From a virus, in the IMG/VR virus record IMGVR_UViG_3300044641_004408, positions 5,237 to 69,236 of that record: 64,000 nucleotides of DNA; one strand, given 5' to 3'. The notes beneath the pieces were generated by a model. It saw only the letters and a program-made list of their open reading frames with translations, ran no database searches and had not been told where the DNA came from. The number at the start of each line of letters is the position of its first letter. The stretch's first letter is position 1. Position numbers and translations under genes: made by a program. This document shows positions 1-9,458 of this stretch, in pieces.

Positions 1-2
1 AA

Positions 3-593
3 TTAGATACCTTTGATACTGGAGAATATGTAGTGCAACCAAAGTATAATGGTACTTGTTGCATTGTTTTTACCAATGGCACTGAAGTTTATGTATATAA
101 CCGACATAAGCAACCAATGGCTTGGTATTGCACCAATATAGATTTTAAAGGTCTTGCACAATCTAACCAATGGTATGTTTACACTGGAGAATATCTTAAC
201 AAAGGGAAATTAGGGGAAAATGGCAACAAAGAAAAGGATAAGTTTATCATTTGGGATATTCTTGTTTGGGCAGACCAATATTTAATTGGGGATGATCTAT
301 TGACAAGAATTAATCTACTTGAAGAAACATATCCTTGCCAGAGAGGTAAAATTGGTGAAAATGGCTTGGAAATGTATGAACATTTATGCCACACCAACCT
401 TAATGGCATATACAAAGCTCCGAGCTATATGAATGGCTTTTTAAAGCTATTTGAGGACATATCTAAAACCGACCTATATGAAGGCTTGGTGCTTAAAAAG
501 ATTGAATCAAAGCTATCTTATGGCTTTCAAATGCTCAACAACCACGATTGGCAGATTAAATGCCGAAAACCAACAAAAGTATATCATTTTTAA
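3..593 (+). CDS. ATP-dependent ligase-like adenylation (nucleotidyltransferase) domain protein, 5' partial
   Basis: Motifs VQPKYNG (KxNG), TGEY, FIIWDIL, EGLVLK, WQIKCR; frame is open to the left edge. Confidence 0.7.
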   Translation, partial: LDTFDTGEYVVQPKYNGTCCIVFTNGTEVYVYNRHKQPMAWYCTNIDFKGLAQSNQWYVYTGEYLNKGKLGENGNKEKDKFIIWDILVWADQYLIGDDLLTRINLLEETYPCQRGKIGENGLEMYEHLCHTNLNGIYKAPSYMNGFLKLFEDISKTDLYEGLVLKKIESKLSYGFQMLNNHDWQIKCRKPTKVYHF

Positions 594-612
594 AAACCAA
601 AAACATAACCAA

Positions 613-831
613 ATGGAACAAACACTAATCAATTTATTGAAATTGAACTTTGATTTAGATGACTTTTATAGTATCACAATATATCCCGATTATCACCCCG
701 AAAGGATTTTCTTACAAGGACATCCATCTTCCGAAAATTTACTAAAATACACAAAACTAGGTTTTGCATTTAACGGGGATGAAAATAAACTTGTAGCTAC
801 AAAAGATAGAGTTAGAATTATTTTTTATTAA
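613..831 (+). CDS. Hypothetical protein
   Basis: ATG at 613 after an A-rich leader (MEQTLINLL...). Confidence 0.55.
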   Translation: MEQTLINLLKLNFDLDDFYSITIYPDYHPERIFLQGHPSSENLLKYTKLGFAFNGDENKLVATKDRVRIIFY

Positions 832-850
832 AAACCAAAAACAAACAATT

Positions 851-1048
851 ATGGCAAAGTATGAATTAATGGAAAAGACAGAAGTTAATGGAGAAGTATG
901 GTATTTTATTCGTAAAGACGATGGATTTTCAGTAAACAATAGCTGGACTACAAAGTTAGAAGATGCAGAAAAAATGCTTGATGAAATTGAAAATGGCAAA
1001 CCTGGTGAACCTATTATTAAAACTTTAAAAACAATAGAAGTTAAATGA
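851..1048 (+). CDS. Hypothetical protein
   Basis: 65-aa ORF with A-rich leader. Confidence 0.6.
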   Translation: MAKYELMEKTEVNGEVWYFIRKDDGFSVNNSWTTKLEDAEKMLDEIENGKPGEPIIKTLKTIEVK

Positions 1049-1186
1049 TTAAATTGATTAAAAAATATTTTTCTCAAGAGCAGAAGTTAAAACGGAAAAA
1101 ACTTCGTGAATTAGGCAATCAAATAGCAAATAGCACTGACTATAATGAATTGGTTGTTTTAGTGAGAACATATAATAAGTTAAAAA

Positions 1187-1390
1187 ATGAAGATTAAACA
1201 AATTAGTGTACTGGAATATGCAAAAAAAATAAATCCTAATTACTTTAGAAAAAATAGAAAATATCCAGACACCCCATTGACAAGACACGCAATTATGTAC
1301 CGCATAAGAAACAATATGCCATTACCCGAAGTTATAAAATACAATAGGGTAGGCAAGGTGCATGTATTAAGCGTTAAACACGATTTTTAA
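1187..1390 (+). CDS. Putative HTH-like DNA-binding protein
   Basis: ISVLEYAKK...TRHAIMYRIRNN pattern; basic. Confidence 0.5.
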   Translation: MKIKQISVLEYAKKINPNYFRKNRKYPDTPLTRHAIMYRIRNNMPLPEVIKYNRVGKVHVLSVKHDF

Positions 1391-1406
1391 ATTAAAAAAC
1401 TACAAA

Positions 1407-1610
1407 ATGAACGAAAGAAACATAGATTGGGTATTGAATTGTATCAATTCTTGCACAAACAACGAACAACTAAACTGCTGTGAAGTTCTTATTGCTTTGT
1501 ATAAATTTAAGTTAGCCAAAGACCAAACTGACGAAAGATTAATTTACAAGCAAGAAAGCGCATTGATGGAAGCTTATATTAATAAAAGATCTTTAATTGA
1601 AGTAATATGA
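1407..1610 (+). CDS. Hypothetical protein
   Basis: ORF in a run of + strand genes. Confidence 0.55.
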   Translation: MNERNIDWVLNCINSCTNNEQLNCCEVLIALYKFKLAKDQTDERLIYKQESALMEAYINKRSLIEVI

Positions 1611-1718
1611 AAAATAACTACACAATAAGCCCTAACTACTTGCTTCAATTAGAAAATGATGAATTAAGAGAAAGGATAAAAACATTAATTTCCGAATTTA
1701 AAGAACTAAAGAAGCTAT

Positions 1719-1907
1719 ATGAAGAACGAGAGAGAGAAGGAATGGTACAAAATCAAGGGGACAATGCAATTATTCAAGAATGATAAACTTATTAGAGAAT
1801 TTAAGTTTCATGATGCCTACCGAAGGAGATCCGTTTTAAAAATTTGGAACTCCGAAGTAAAACCTAATGGCATTGATACTTATGAATTAATTATTAAATT
1901 AGATTAA
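1719..1907 (+). CDS. Hypothetical protein
   Basis: ORF in + strand run; start uncertain. Confidence 0.45.
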   Translation: MKNEREKEWYKIKGTMQLFKNDKLIREFKFHDAYRRRSVLKIWNSEVKPNGIDTYELIIKLD

Positions 1908-2016
1908 ATATGATAGATTTTTTAGAAAAATACTTGTTTCAAGTACAAATTATTTTAGCCATTATATGTTGGCTATATATGGTAAAGTATGTTATTAACT
2001 ATTTAAAAGAAAAAAA

Positions 2017-2271
2017 ATGAAAAAAATAAACATTGAATATGTATTAGTACCTAAAAGAAATAAATTAGTTATTGATGGTAATGTAATAAGCACTACAATA
2101 GTAGATTGTGAATTAGATCCTTACGAATGTACTTTTGGTGGTGCAAATGATGTAGAAATTAATACAGAAGGATATACTCATATTACCTTAGATATTAATG
2201 ATCTTGAAAATTTAATACAATTAATAAAAAAAGCAGAATTAATGTATGAAAAAATTAATTCAAAGAAATAA
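2017..2271 (+). CDS. Hypothetical protein
   Basis: 84-aa ORF after poly-A leader. Confidence 0.55.
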   Translation: MKKINIEYVLVPKRNKLVIDGNVISTTIVDCELDPYECTFGGANDVEINTEGYTHITLDINDLENLIQLIKKAELMYEKINSKK

Positions 2272-2425
2272 CATCTATTTCTCCATCGGGTAGCATATCT
2301 ATTTGCTTTATAAGAATGACCTCCATTTTTTTGAATTGATTAAGCACTTCCAGTAAAGACTCGGCATAGACCAATTTAGTTAGGTTTATGCCGTTTTTTT
2401 TGAAATAAACTCTATATGCTTTCAC
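2255..2425 (-). CDS. Hypothetical protein
   Basis: Last gene of the minus-strand run; probable GTG start at 2425. Confidence 0.4.
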   Translation of the reverse strand: MKAYRVYFKKNGINLTKLVYAESLLEVLNQFKKMEVILIKQIDMLPDGEIDVISLN

Positions 2426-2813
2426 TTGGAGTAGGTATTTGAGATTTGGCAAATTTCTTTTTAGCATCCTCGCACTTGCTATAAAGATACTGAACTAGGT
2501 AAGCTTCATTCTCATCATTATCTACATCTAATTTAATACCCCTTTTTGAGTATATAAAGTTCTTGGCATGGATTATCTCATGAAACATAAATTCAGTGGC
2601 AAATTTGCCCTCATTTGGCAAACAAAGGTATATATCATCTTTGTATGTTAGGCACAATGCAGCAGCAGTTTTTGCATAGTTATCTCTATTGTCATCTAAA
2701 TCAAATATCTTATCAGTAAGCATATCCGACATTTTAGGTGCTACCATTATTTTAATAGTAACGTAAAACGTTGGTATCTTATAAGTATAAGTCTTATATA
2801 ACTTCTGCTTCAT
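2412..2813 (-). CDS. Putative zincin-like metallopeptidase
   Basis: HEIIH (HExxH) followed by NEAY glutamate. Confidence 0.55.
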   Translation of the reverse strand: MKQKLYKTYTYKIPTFYVTIKIMVAPKMSDMLTDKIFDLDDNRDNYAKTAAALCLTYKDDIYLCLPNEGKFATEFMFHEIIHAKNFIYSKRGIKLDVDNDENEAYLVQYLYSKCEDAKKKFAKSQIPTPSESI

Positions 2814-3399
2814 GGCTTATTCTTTTGAATGTATAACCACCCGTATGATTTCTTCTACCATTTAAAACTGCCGATACTTTAGTAGCCGTAACCCCAAGAC
2901 TTTCTGCACAATCCCTAATACCTTCATATTGCCCTAAATAAACTCCATTTTTAAACACTTGAATATACCCTTTAAAGTTCTTACATCTTGCTCCAGTAAT
3001 GCCAAAAGCGGGGTTCTTTTGCCCCTTTCTGTTGATCAATAGCTCCATTAAGGCTTCGCTATTCTTTCTTCCTTTGTTAACCTTGCTAATCTTATCTCTT
3101 GTTTCTTGGCTTGGGTTTATGGTTCCATCCCCGCCATTAGTTAAATTAGCTAGTGTTCCATTACCTAAGTCTATTCTTCCATATAACTCTATAAACTCAA
3201 TTTCTTTCAATTTAGCTTCATCATAAGTAATGTCATCAAATAGTATTTCTACCTCATAATCCGATTTAGCTATTATTTTTTTCCAAAGATTGCTTCTTCT
3301 TGCTTTTTCTTTGGCTCTTTTATTGGTCATATCATTTCCAATACCAATATAAAATGGTTCGTTTTTATCAAGCCTAATATGTCGGTAAACATATGCCAT
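2794..3399 (-). CDS. Free-standing GIY-YIG-like homing endonuclease with NUMOD-type DNA-binding motifs
   Basis: YVYRH...FYIGIG...R, E, N-GG; SQETRDKIS (NUMOD3-like) and C-terminal NUMOD1-like motif. Confidence 0.8.
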   Translation of the reverse strand: MAYVYRHIRLDKNEPFYIGIGNDMTNKRAKEKARRSNLWKKIIAKSDYEVEILFDDITYDEAKLKEIEFIELYGRIDLGNGTLANLTNGGDGTINPSQETRDKISKVNKGRKNSEALMELLINRKGQKNPAFGITGARCKNFKGYIQVFKNGVYLGQYEGIRDCAESLGVTATKVSAVLNGRRNHTGGYTFKRISHEAEVI

Positions 3400-3401
3400 T
3401 G

Positions 3402-4409
3402 TTAATGCAATTTACCATTAATTATTTGATAGTTCTTAACTGTAAAATCACCACTTGATTCAATTAATATATGAGCAAATCCATGTTGAGAATTACTTAC
3501 TAATGGACTATACGCAGGTCGCAATTCGCATAAACACCCTGTTGACCAACACCCAATAACATTGCCGTCCAAATCTGTTTCTGGATGAAAACTTGCTCTA
3601 TGCAGATGCCCAACAATTACGCTTTGCTTTGCTCTTAAAAATGCTCCTCTTGCAGGGGATACGGGTACAAATATACCCTTAAAGATATGATGACCATGAG
3701 TAATAGATAACTTACCGGCTTTTACTAATATAGTATCATCTAATATTTGTATTTTTTGCTCATTAAGTTGCAATCTTTCTTCCAAGTGAAAATATGGATC
3801 ATCCCAAATCTCTCTAACTTTTTGTTCTAAAAACTTTTCCCATCTTATACAATGATTACCTTTTAACCAATAAATAGACGCCACTGGGAATAAATTTCTC
3901 AATTGCACTAAAAATTCTTTGGTAGCATCAAACTCTTGTTTAACGCTTCTTTTTTTCATATCCTTTTCAAATCTACTCACTTGGCTATTATCTATAAGAT
4001 CGCCATTAATAAATATAGTATTTACTTTATGCTCTTTTCCATAAGATAATGCTATTGTAATGGCATCTATATCATGGTAAGGTATGTGTAAATCGGATAT
4101 TAAAAGAATGTTATTACAAGCCAATGGCAACTTAAATGGCTCTCTTTTTTCCTGATGGCTTTCTGGCAATTTATATGGATTGTAAGGTCTTGCTTCTGTT
4201 TTTATAAAATCTTCGTTTTTTACTTGAGCTTTCCTTCTATCCCCACATTTGCCTTCAATATATCTTAATGTACCTCTTGCAGTTTCTACATCAATAAAAG
4301 CAAGATTGTTTTCTTTGTACATTATCCTAGCCAATTTTAATGTTGGCATATCGGGATACTTTGTACGATATTGTCTAGCAATATCTGCGTTACCATTTTT
4401 TGCTGGCAT
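3402..4409 (-). CDS. Calcineurin-like metallophosphoesterase
   Basis: SDLH, GDLID, GNH, HGH, GHLH motifs. Confidence 0.85.
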   Translation of the reverse strand: MPAKNGNADIARQYRTKYPDMPTLKLARIMYKENNLAFIDVETARGTLRYIEGKCGDRRKAQVKNEDFIKTEARPYNPYKLPESHQEKREPFKLPLACNNILLISDLHIPYHDIDAITIALSYGKEHKVNTIFINGDLIDNSQVSRFEKDMKKRSVKQEFDATKEFLVQLRNLFPVASIYWLKGNHCIRWEKFLEQKVREIWDDPYFHLEERLQLNEQKIQILDDTILVKAGKLSITHGHHIFKGIFVPVSPARGAFLRAKQSVIVGHLHRASFHPETDLDGNVIGCWSTGCLCELRPAYSPLVSNSQHGFAHILIESSGDFTVKNYQIINGKLH

Positions 4410-4419
4410 ATTTTTTTGA

Positions 4420-4926
4420 TTAGATTAATACAAATCCATTCTTATCAACCTTACCTGATTTATGTAATCCTTGTAATTCTGCAATAGATTTACCAAGTGT
4501 TTTTTGGAAGTGTGGAGCATCTACGAATTTCCAATCTCCTCCCCACTCATAGCCATATCTTTTAAAAATAGCTACAATCTCTTGCCAGTCGCTTTTACCA
4601 TCACCATCAAAGTCGGTCTTTAGATCCCAACTTGCAGTTTCAAAAGTACCATTCTTATCTTTGTCAACTAACAAAACAATATCAATAGCTAATCCGTAGT
4701 TATGGTAAGACTGACCTCCTTTAGCCTTAGTAACAATAGCACCTGGCTTTGTTCTACCTTGTGCGAACAATGCGTCTTGTTCTGCAAATGTTCTAAGCGT
4801 ATAAGCAAAACGACAAGCTGCGGTGCCAGTTAAAGCTTCAACAATCTCATCATACATGGTTAATGCTTCTTCTCTTAATTTAGGGTGGAGCAATTGTATT
4901 CTCTCCAACGTTTTTTGGTCTTTCAT
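4420..4926 (-). CDS. Endolysin, M15-family peptidase (L-Ala-D-Glu type)
   Basis: RT..EQ..L.AQGRT, SYHNYGLAID, WGGDW, DAPHFQ. Confidence 0.9.
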   Translation of the reverse strand: MKDQKTLERIQLLHPKLREEALTMYDEIVEALTGTAACRFAYTLRTFAEQDALFAQGRTKPGAIVTKAKGGQSYHNYGLAIDIVLLVDKDKNGTFETASWDLKTDFDGDGKSDWQEIVAIFKRYGYEWGGDWKFVDAPHFQKTLGKSIAELQGLHKSGKVDKNGFVLI

Positions 4927-4957
4927 TTTTATAACATTTTAATTGTGATTAATACCA

Positions 4958-5176
4958 TTATTCGGCATTCTTTTTAAATATTTTTTCTACTGCCGTTAAA
5001 CCTAAAGTCCCAAAGGCTAATAAAGCTACTGCTTCTACTAAAACTGGACTTGGAGCAAAATGCTCCTCACTAAATTGGTTATGGTACATAGTAGCACACA
5101 AAGCAATTGTGCAAAGCAATCCGCAAAGACGCTTCATACTATATCTACCATTATCTTCTTGAAAAAATTGTTTCAT
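4958..5176 (-). CDS. Putative holin
   Basis: 72 aa, two hydrophobic segments, SMKRL motif, basic C-terminus, next to endolysin. Confidence 0.65.
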   Translation of the reverse strand: MKQFFQEDNGRYSMKRLCGLLCTIALCATMYHNQFSEEHFAPSPVLVEAVALLAFGTLGLTAVEKIFKKNAE

Positions 5177-5177
5177 A

Positions 5178-5576
5178 TTATTTGATTTGAGTAAATTGTA
5201 AAATTATAACTCCGATGAGGATGATTTTTTGGAGGAGGTGGAACGCTTCTTCTTTTTCGTAGTTGATATCTCTGTATCCGGTATAAAGCTCTCTACTTGC
5301 TTCGTATTTTCCTTTCCAATAAAAGATTGTATCATTTTTAACAAGTAATTTTTTATAAAGCTCTTCATTTGTTTTGTTTTTAATTGCGACTGAATCGGTT
5401 AATGAATCTATTTTTTGAGAATAAAACTTGTAAAGCTGGTTAATTGTATCTGCTTGTGACACTTTCATTATAACTACCGAATCACCCCTAAATATTCTTT
5501 TAACGGGGTATTGGGAGTAACTGGAATGGCACAAGAGTATCAAAGCTAATACTATCAAACTTTGCTTTAGTTTCAT
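5178..5576 (-). CDS. Putative spanin-like envelope protein
   Basis: Signal peptide, coiled coil and C-terminal hydrophobic segment; overlaps upstream lipoprotein gene. Confidence 0.5.
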   Translation of the reverse strand: MKLKQSLIVLALILLCHSSYSQYPVKRIFRGDSVVIMKVSQADTINQLYKFYSQKIDSLTDSVAIKNKTNEELYKKLLVKNDTIFYWKGKYEASRELYTGYRDINYEKEEAFHLLQKIILIGVIILQFTQIK

Positions 5577-5814
5577 TTAATTCTATTTTTAATTCTTTGT
5601 TTTCTTCTTTTAATCCTACAATTTGACTAATAGTCTGCTTTACTATCTTATTTTGTTCTTTAGTAGCAGCATCTTGTAAAGTGGCTTGAATTTGAATATT
5701 AGACTGCGCCTTTTTTAAAAGCATATCAAACTCTTGATCCTCTTTTGACTCCTCACTTACACCTTGAGCCGTAACACCACAACCAAATAAAAATATGAAT
5801 ACTAAGTATTTCAT
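5500..5814 (-). CDS. Putative lipoprotein (spanin-like)
   Basis: MKYLVFIFLFGC lipobox-like signal and coiled coil. Confidence 0.5.
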   Translation of the reverse strand: MKYLVFIFLFGCGVTAQGVSEESKEDQEFDMLLKKAQSNIQIQATLQDAATKEQNKIVKQTISQIVGLKEENKELKIELNETKAKFDSISFDTLVPFQLLPIPR

Positions 5815-6131
5815 TATTTAAGGGATTTTATAGCTCCTAAATCATTTAACATTTTTAATTGGGATGCGGTTACTGCACCTGAAGAATCGCTTCTCCTTAA
5901 TGCATCTTGCACTGCATCTAATCTTGTTTCTACCTTATCCACTCTTCTTTCTTGTTTATCTGCATTGGTCTGGAAGGTACTTCTGATATCTACATATAAG
6001 CCTAGTATGCCTGCTATTGCTATAAACGCTATGGCTTCTTTCGGATGTTTTACAAAATCCTTGAAGGAAACGGGCAATGGATTTGCAGATACATTTACAT
6101 CTTTTTTTTCATCTGTCTTTTTTGCTGCCAT
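5814..6131 (-). CDS. Single-TM coiled-coil protein (lysis cassette)
   Basis: AIAFIAIAGILGLYV TM followed by coiled coil. Confidence 0.5.
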   Translation of the reverse strand: MAAKKTDEKKDVNVSANPLPVSFKDFVKHPKEAIAFIAIAGILGLYVDIRSTFQTNADKQERRVDKVETRLDAVQDALRRSDSSGAVTASQLKMLNDLGAIKSLK

Positions 6132-6133
6132 TG

Positions 6134-6694
6134 TTAAAATATTTTAGAGTAGTATCCTAATTGGAACTGCTTATTGTTAGTGATATTTAATTGGATAATC
6201 CCTTTATTAGGTGATTTGTAAATCAAGCCTCCCCCATATCCAAAATTATTTTCTTGCTTAGTTGCCATTACTCCCCAATATAGTGCTGCTTTTGGTGGTG
6301 GCGGTGGCGTGCGTAATTCTCTTACTTTCACAATAGTTTTTTCAGTAAAATGTGCGTCATAGCCTCTACCAAAAATCTTATTTTGAGAGATCGTATCTTG
6401 GATGGAAACGTAATTATCCGTATTTATACGCAAAGTATCTAAATAAACTTTTACCTTATTATAATCATTAACTATATAGGTGGTATCGTGTACCTCCTTA
6501 ACTTGGTAAATTGTATCTAAAACAACAAAAGGGATAGCATCCCCTTTTTTATATTTCCTTATTGTATCGTGCTTTATCAGCGTATCTATCTTAGTGATAA
6601 CTTTAGCATCGCCTCCCTTATCATGAGGGGCTAAAACAAAAAAAAGCACTACAAATACGAGTGCTAAAATTAGAATGTTTTTAGCTGTTCCCAT
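6134..6694 (-). CDS. Membrane-anchored lysis accessory (spanin-like)
   Basis: N-terminal TM, DT-rich linker, C-terminal beta-strands ending in F. Confidence 0.5.
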   Translation of the reverse strand: MGTAKNILILALVFVVLFFVLAPHDKGGDAKVITKIDTLIKHDTIRKYKKGDAIPFVVLDTIYQVKEVHDTTYIVNDYNKVKVYLDTLRINTDNYVSIQDTISQNKIFGRGYDAHFTEKTIVKVRELRTPPPPPKAALYWGVMATKQENNFGYGGGLIYKSPNKGIIQLNITNNKQFQLGYYSKIF

Positions 6695-6869
6695 TGTGTT
6701 TCTTACTATTTTTATGTTTATAATAATAATATCTTATAGTAAACGAACCAGCACAGATACCAATTAAACTAGCAACTAGGCTAACATATGGTTGAATTGT
6801 AGTTATAGATACAGCTGCACTTAGTAAACTTACAGATGCAGAAACGTCAGCCAAAGTATTATTCCCCAT
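6681..6869 (-). CDS. Putative holin-like membrane protein
   Basis: Two hydrophobic helices and basic tail; ATG at 6869 follows a TATATTTG box. Confidence 0.55.
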   Translation of the reverse strand: MGNNTLADVSASVSLLSAAVSITTIQPYVSLVASLIGICAGSFTIRYYYYKHKNSKKHNGNS

Positions 6870-6883
6870 TTTCAATTTTTTAA

Positions 6884-6891
6884 CAAATATA
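6884..6891 (-). promoter_or_regulatory. Bacteroidota-type -7 promoter box (lysis operon)
   Basis: TATATTTG on minus strand, matches TAnnTTTG. Confidence 0.55.
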
Positions 6892-6933
6892 ACCAATAAT
6901 ATATTATATTTTTTAAATTGCCCACTTTTTTTC

Positions 6934-8013
6934 CTAAACCGTCCATTTACTCATTGGACAAGCCTCCGCTCCTACTGGACTAAAAACTTTGGCACTTGTC
7001 GTACACCCACACTTATCGCAATAATCCCTTATGGGAGATTGAACCCAAAACTCACAACCAGCACATATTTCAAGTCTTTTTTCAGCTATTTCCTTCTGCT
7101 CTTGGGTTGGATTAAATGATATAGCATAAGACATTATGATTTCCTTTAATTTATTCATAAACAAGTTTTTATAATTATTTATATTACCCCAATATGGGTG
7201 TATTTCTGTTAAATTGTCTTTATCATAAATAGAATTATGGCTAGTAAAATGAACTCCATGATTTATATGAATTGCCTCATTTTGACAGTTCCATTGACTC
7301 CTTTTTAGTTTTTGTGTTTCAATCATTCCACTATTTGTGATTAATGCATTAGGCAATATACTCAAACAATGCTCAATTGCATCATCCAATCTCATTGTCA
7401 TTTGATGAAATGGTTCATCATCTTGTTTTCTTTTTTGCCATCCACTCCTACAAACGCCTCCGTAATTCATATTGGTTAACACTTCTCCTGAAGGGAAATC
7501 GGGGTAATCAAAATAGCCAACTGGATACATTACATCATGCTCTAAAAAAGAAACATAATCATAATTTCCCATTGTCTTAGCTTTGTATAAGCATTGCATT
7601 ATTTGCAACAATTGATTTAAATGGGATTGGCTTTTATACCAGCTATTAATTTGATAAAATGGTATGTTTGGCATATGTTCCCAAGTGCATACTACAATAT
7701 CAGCTACATCTTCACTTGCTTCTTTAATAGTGTCAAGTGATTTGTATATTGCTGGCCATATTTCATGATTATTATTATTTGAGTAAAATATACCTAATTT
7801 TCTGTTATTTGATTTAGGATAAACTAACGTATCTCCTTCTCTAATTTGAGCTTGGAAGCCATCTTCAAATTCAATATCAAGATATTTAACGGTTCCTACT
7901 GCTGGATCTCCAACTATGTCATTATTAGAAGTAATAACAAGCTTACCTCCTACCACTTTGCTTTGTATTAAAGTTGTACAATCTACCCCTGCGTATGTTG
8001 CTTTTTTAATCAT
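6934..8013 (-). CDS. Multidomain protein: lectin-like N-terminus, GT-A-like core, C-terminal Cys-rich finger
   Basis: GDPAVGTVKYL; FLEHDVMY; CAGC...CDKCGC...CP..KW. Confidence 0.6.
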   Translation of the reverse strand: MIKKATYAGVDCTTLIQSKVVGGKLVITSNNDIVGDPAVGTVKYLDIEFEDGFQAQIREGDTLVYPKSNNRKLGIFYSNNNNHEIWPAIYKSLDTIKEASEDVADIVVCTWEHMPNIPFYQINSWYKSQSHLNQLLQIMQCLYKAKTMGNYDYVSFLEHDVMYPVGYFDYPDFPSGEVLTNMNYGGVCRSGWQKRKQDDEPFHQMTMRLDDAIEHCLSILPNALITNSGMIETQKLKRSQWNCQNEAIHINHGVHFTSHNSIYDKDNLTEIHPYWGNINNYKNLFMNKLKEIIMSYAISFNPTQEQKEIAEKRLEICAGCEFWVQSPIRDYCDKCGCTTSAKVFSPVGAEACPMSKWTV

Positions 8014-8014
8014 A

Positions 8015-8527
8015 TTATCTTTTTGCGTGCATTATGCCCATTATATTAATATCAGTACAAAACCATCCAAATTGATTGGTAGCAAATATATCAAAGCCTA
8101 ATTCGGTTAATTTTTCTTCTAATATTTTTTTACACTCTGGATTGTGATACTCTACCGCTATTTCTTCAACTGATTGAAATTGCTCTGCGGTAATATTTTC
8201 CATATGACGTTCATAACCTTCAATATCCATTTTAATTAATTGCGGCTTGTGGTCTGTAATCAAATTAAGTAAATCATCAAATTCTAAAATTGTTTTACAA
8301 ACAAAAGTATGGTCTGGAAAAGTTTCATTTAACTTTTCAACCTCTCCGCATGATGCATCTACCCCAATGATTTTTTTAGCCCCTCTATTTATAAAATATT
8401 GTGGAGTTGATTCAAATGGTTGGAATAACCATCCACACCCTAAATCTAATACTACTTTACCTTCTACGTCTTTAATATCGTTCCAATGTTCAAGTGGATT
8501 TTCTGATTCAACTACTTTTGTTGTCAT
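8015..8527 (-). CDS. SAM-dependent methyltransferase (FkbM-like)
   Basis: VLDLGCG, IGVD, IKMDIEGYE, VEYH. Confidence 0.75.
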   Translation of the reverse strand: MTTKVVESENPLEHWNDIKDVEGKVVLDLGCGWLFQPFESTPQYFINRGAKKIIGVDASCGEVEKLNETFPDHTFVCKTILEFDDLLNLITDHKPQLIKMDIEGYERHMENITAEQFQSVEEIAVEYHNPECKKILEEKLTELGFDIFATNQFGWFCTDINIMGIMHAKR

Positions 8528-9453
8528 AATAAAACTGATTTTTTTTCTATTTTTTGTATAATATCATAGTATTTTTTAGATGCGGTGCCTTCCTTTATTT
8601 GCAAATTTTTATTGTAAGGCAATTCATTAATATACAATGCTTTATAGAAAAGACCACTTGCTGCTTCTGTAACACCTGCATTATGGAATATATTTAGCCT
8701 ATGCCAATCTGCTTCTGTACTTGTACCCCAAGCAAACTCTAGTGCCGGATGGCATATGGTTTCTTTGCCCATCTTCCACCCATTCCAAAGCACGCTCCAC
8801 ATATCGCTACACCATATTTGTAGTTCATGATAAGTAGGGTTTTCTTGCTTTTTTAGGTTGTTTAAATCAGTAATTTCTTTGAACAATCTTTCGCAATCTT
8901 TTTCTACCCTTTCCCAATATTCCGCATTGATACCCTTCATTAGGTATTGTGCGCCTATTGCGTTTAGTTCATTGTCTTTTATTAATTGCTTGTCTATGTC
9001 TACTATTTCGCACATTTTATCTAATATGTCCTCACCTTTGGAAATAATGTAGTCATGACCTATGTACCATCTTGTATCAGATCCATACCATTTGTCATCT
9101 TGTAAAAATTGGCTCCAATCAATTGGCTTGGTAAATACAATATCACAATCATGATATAAGATAGCTTCCTTCTCCAATTCGGGGAAAGCCTTGAAATGCT
9201 GTTTTAAGATGTTTGGTCTTATGGAAGATATATAGTGCCTTGTTTCCCTTGTATCATCATAGAAAAAAAATCTAGCTGGGTAAGCATTGGCTAATCTTAT
9301 CCAATTATCTGGGATTACATTATTTACTTTCCAACATACTACATCAACATGATTAGGATTAATCCCCATGCTAATGAAATTATTCAAAAGGGTTTCCACC
9401 TGCCAAACGTAATAATCGCTCGCAGGCTGCGCACAGACAAAACGTAAATTCAT
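8524..9453 (-). CDS. GT-A glycosyltransferase resembling SGT1/HPAT protein O-glycosyltransferases
   Basis: YYVWQ, YISSIRP, HDCD (DxD), WCSDMW, IFHN. Confidence 0.65.
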   Translation of the reverse strand: MNLRFVCAQPASDYYVWQVETLLNNFISMGINPNHVDVVCWKVNNVIPDNWIRLANAYPARFFFYDDTRETRHYISSIRPNILKQHFKAFPELEKEAILYHDCDIVFTKPIDWSQFLQDDKWYGSDTRWYIGHDYIISKGEDILDKMCEIVDIDKQLIKDNELNAIGAQYLMKGINAEYWERVEKDCERLFKEITDLNNLKKQENPTYHELQIWCSDMWSVLWNGWKMGKETICHPALEFAWGTSTEADWHRLNIFHNAGVTEAASGLFYKALYINELPYNKNLQIKEGTASKKYYDIIQKIEKKSVLL

Positions 9454-9458
9454 AAATT

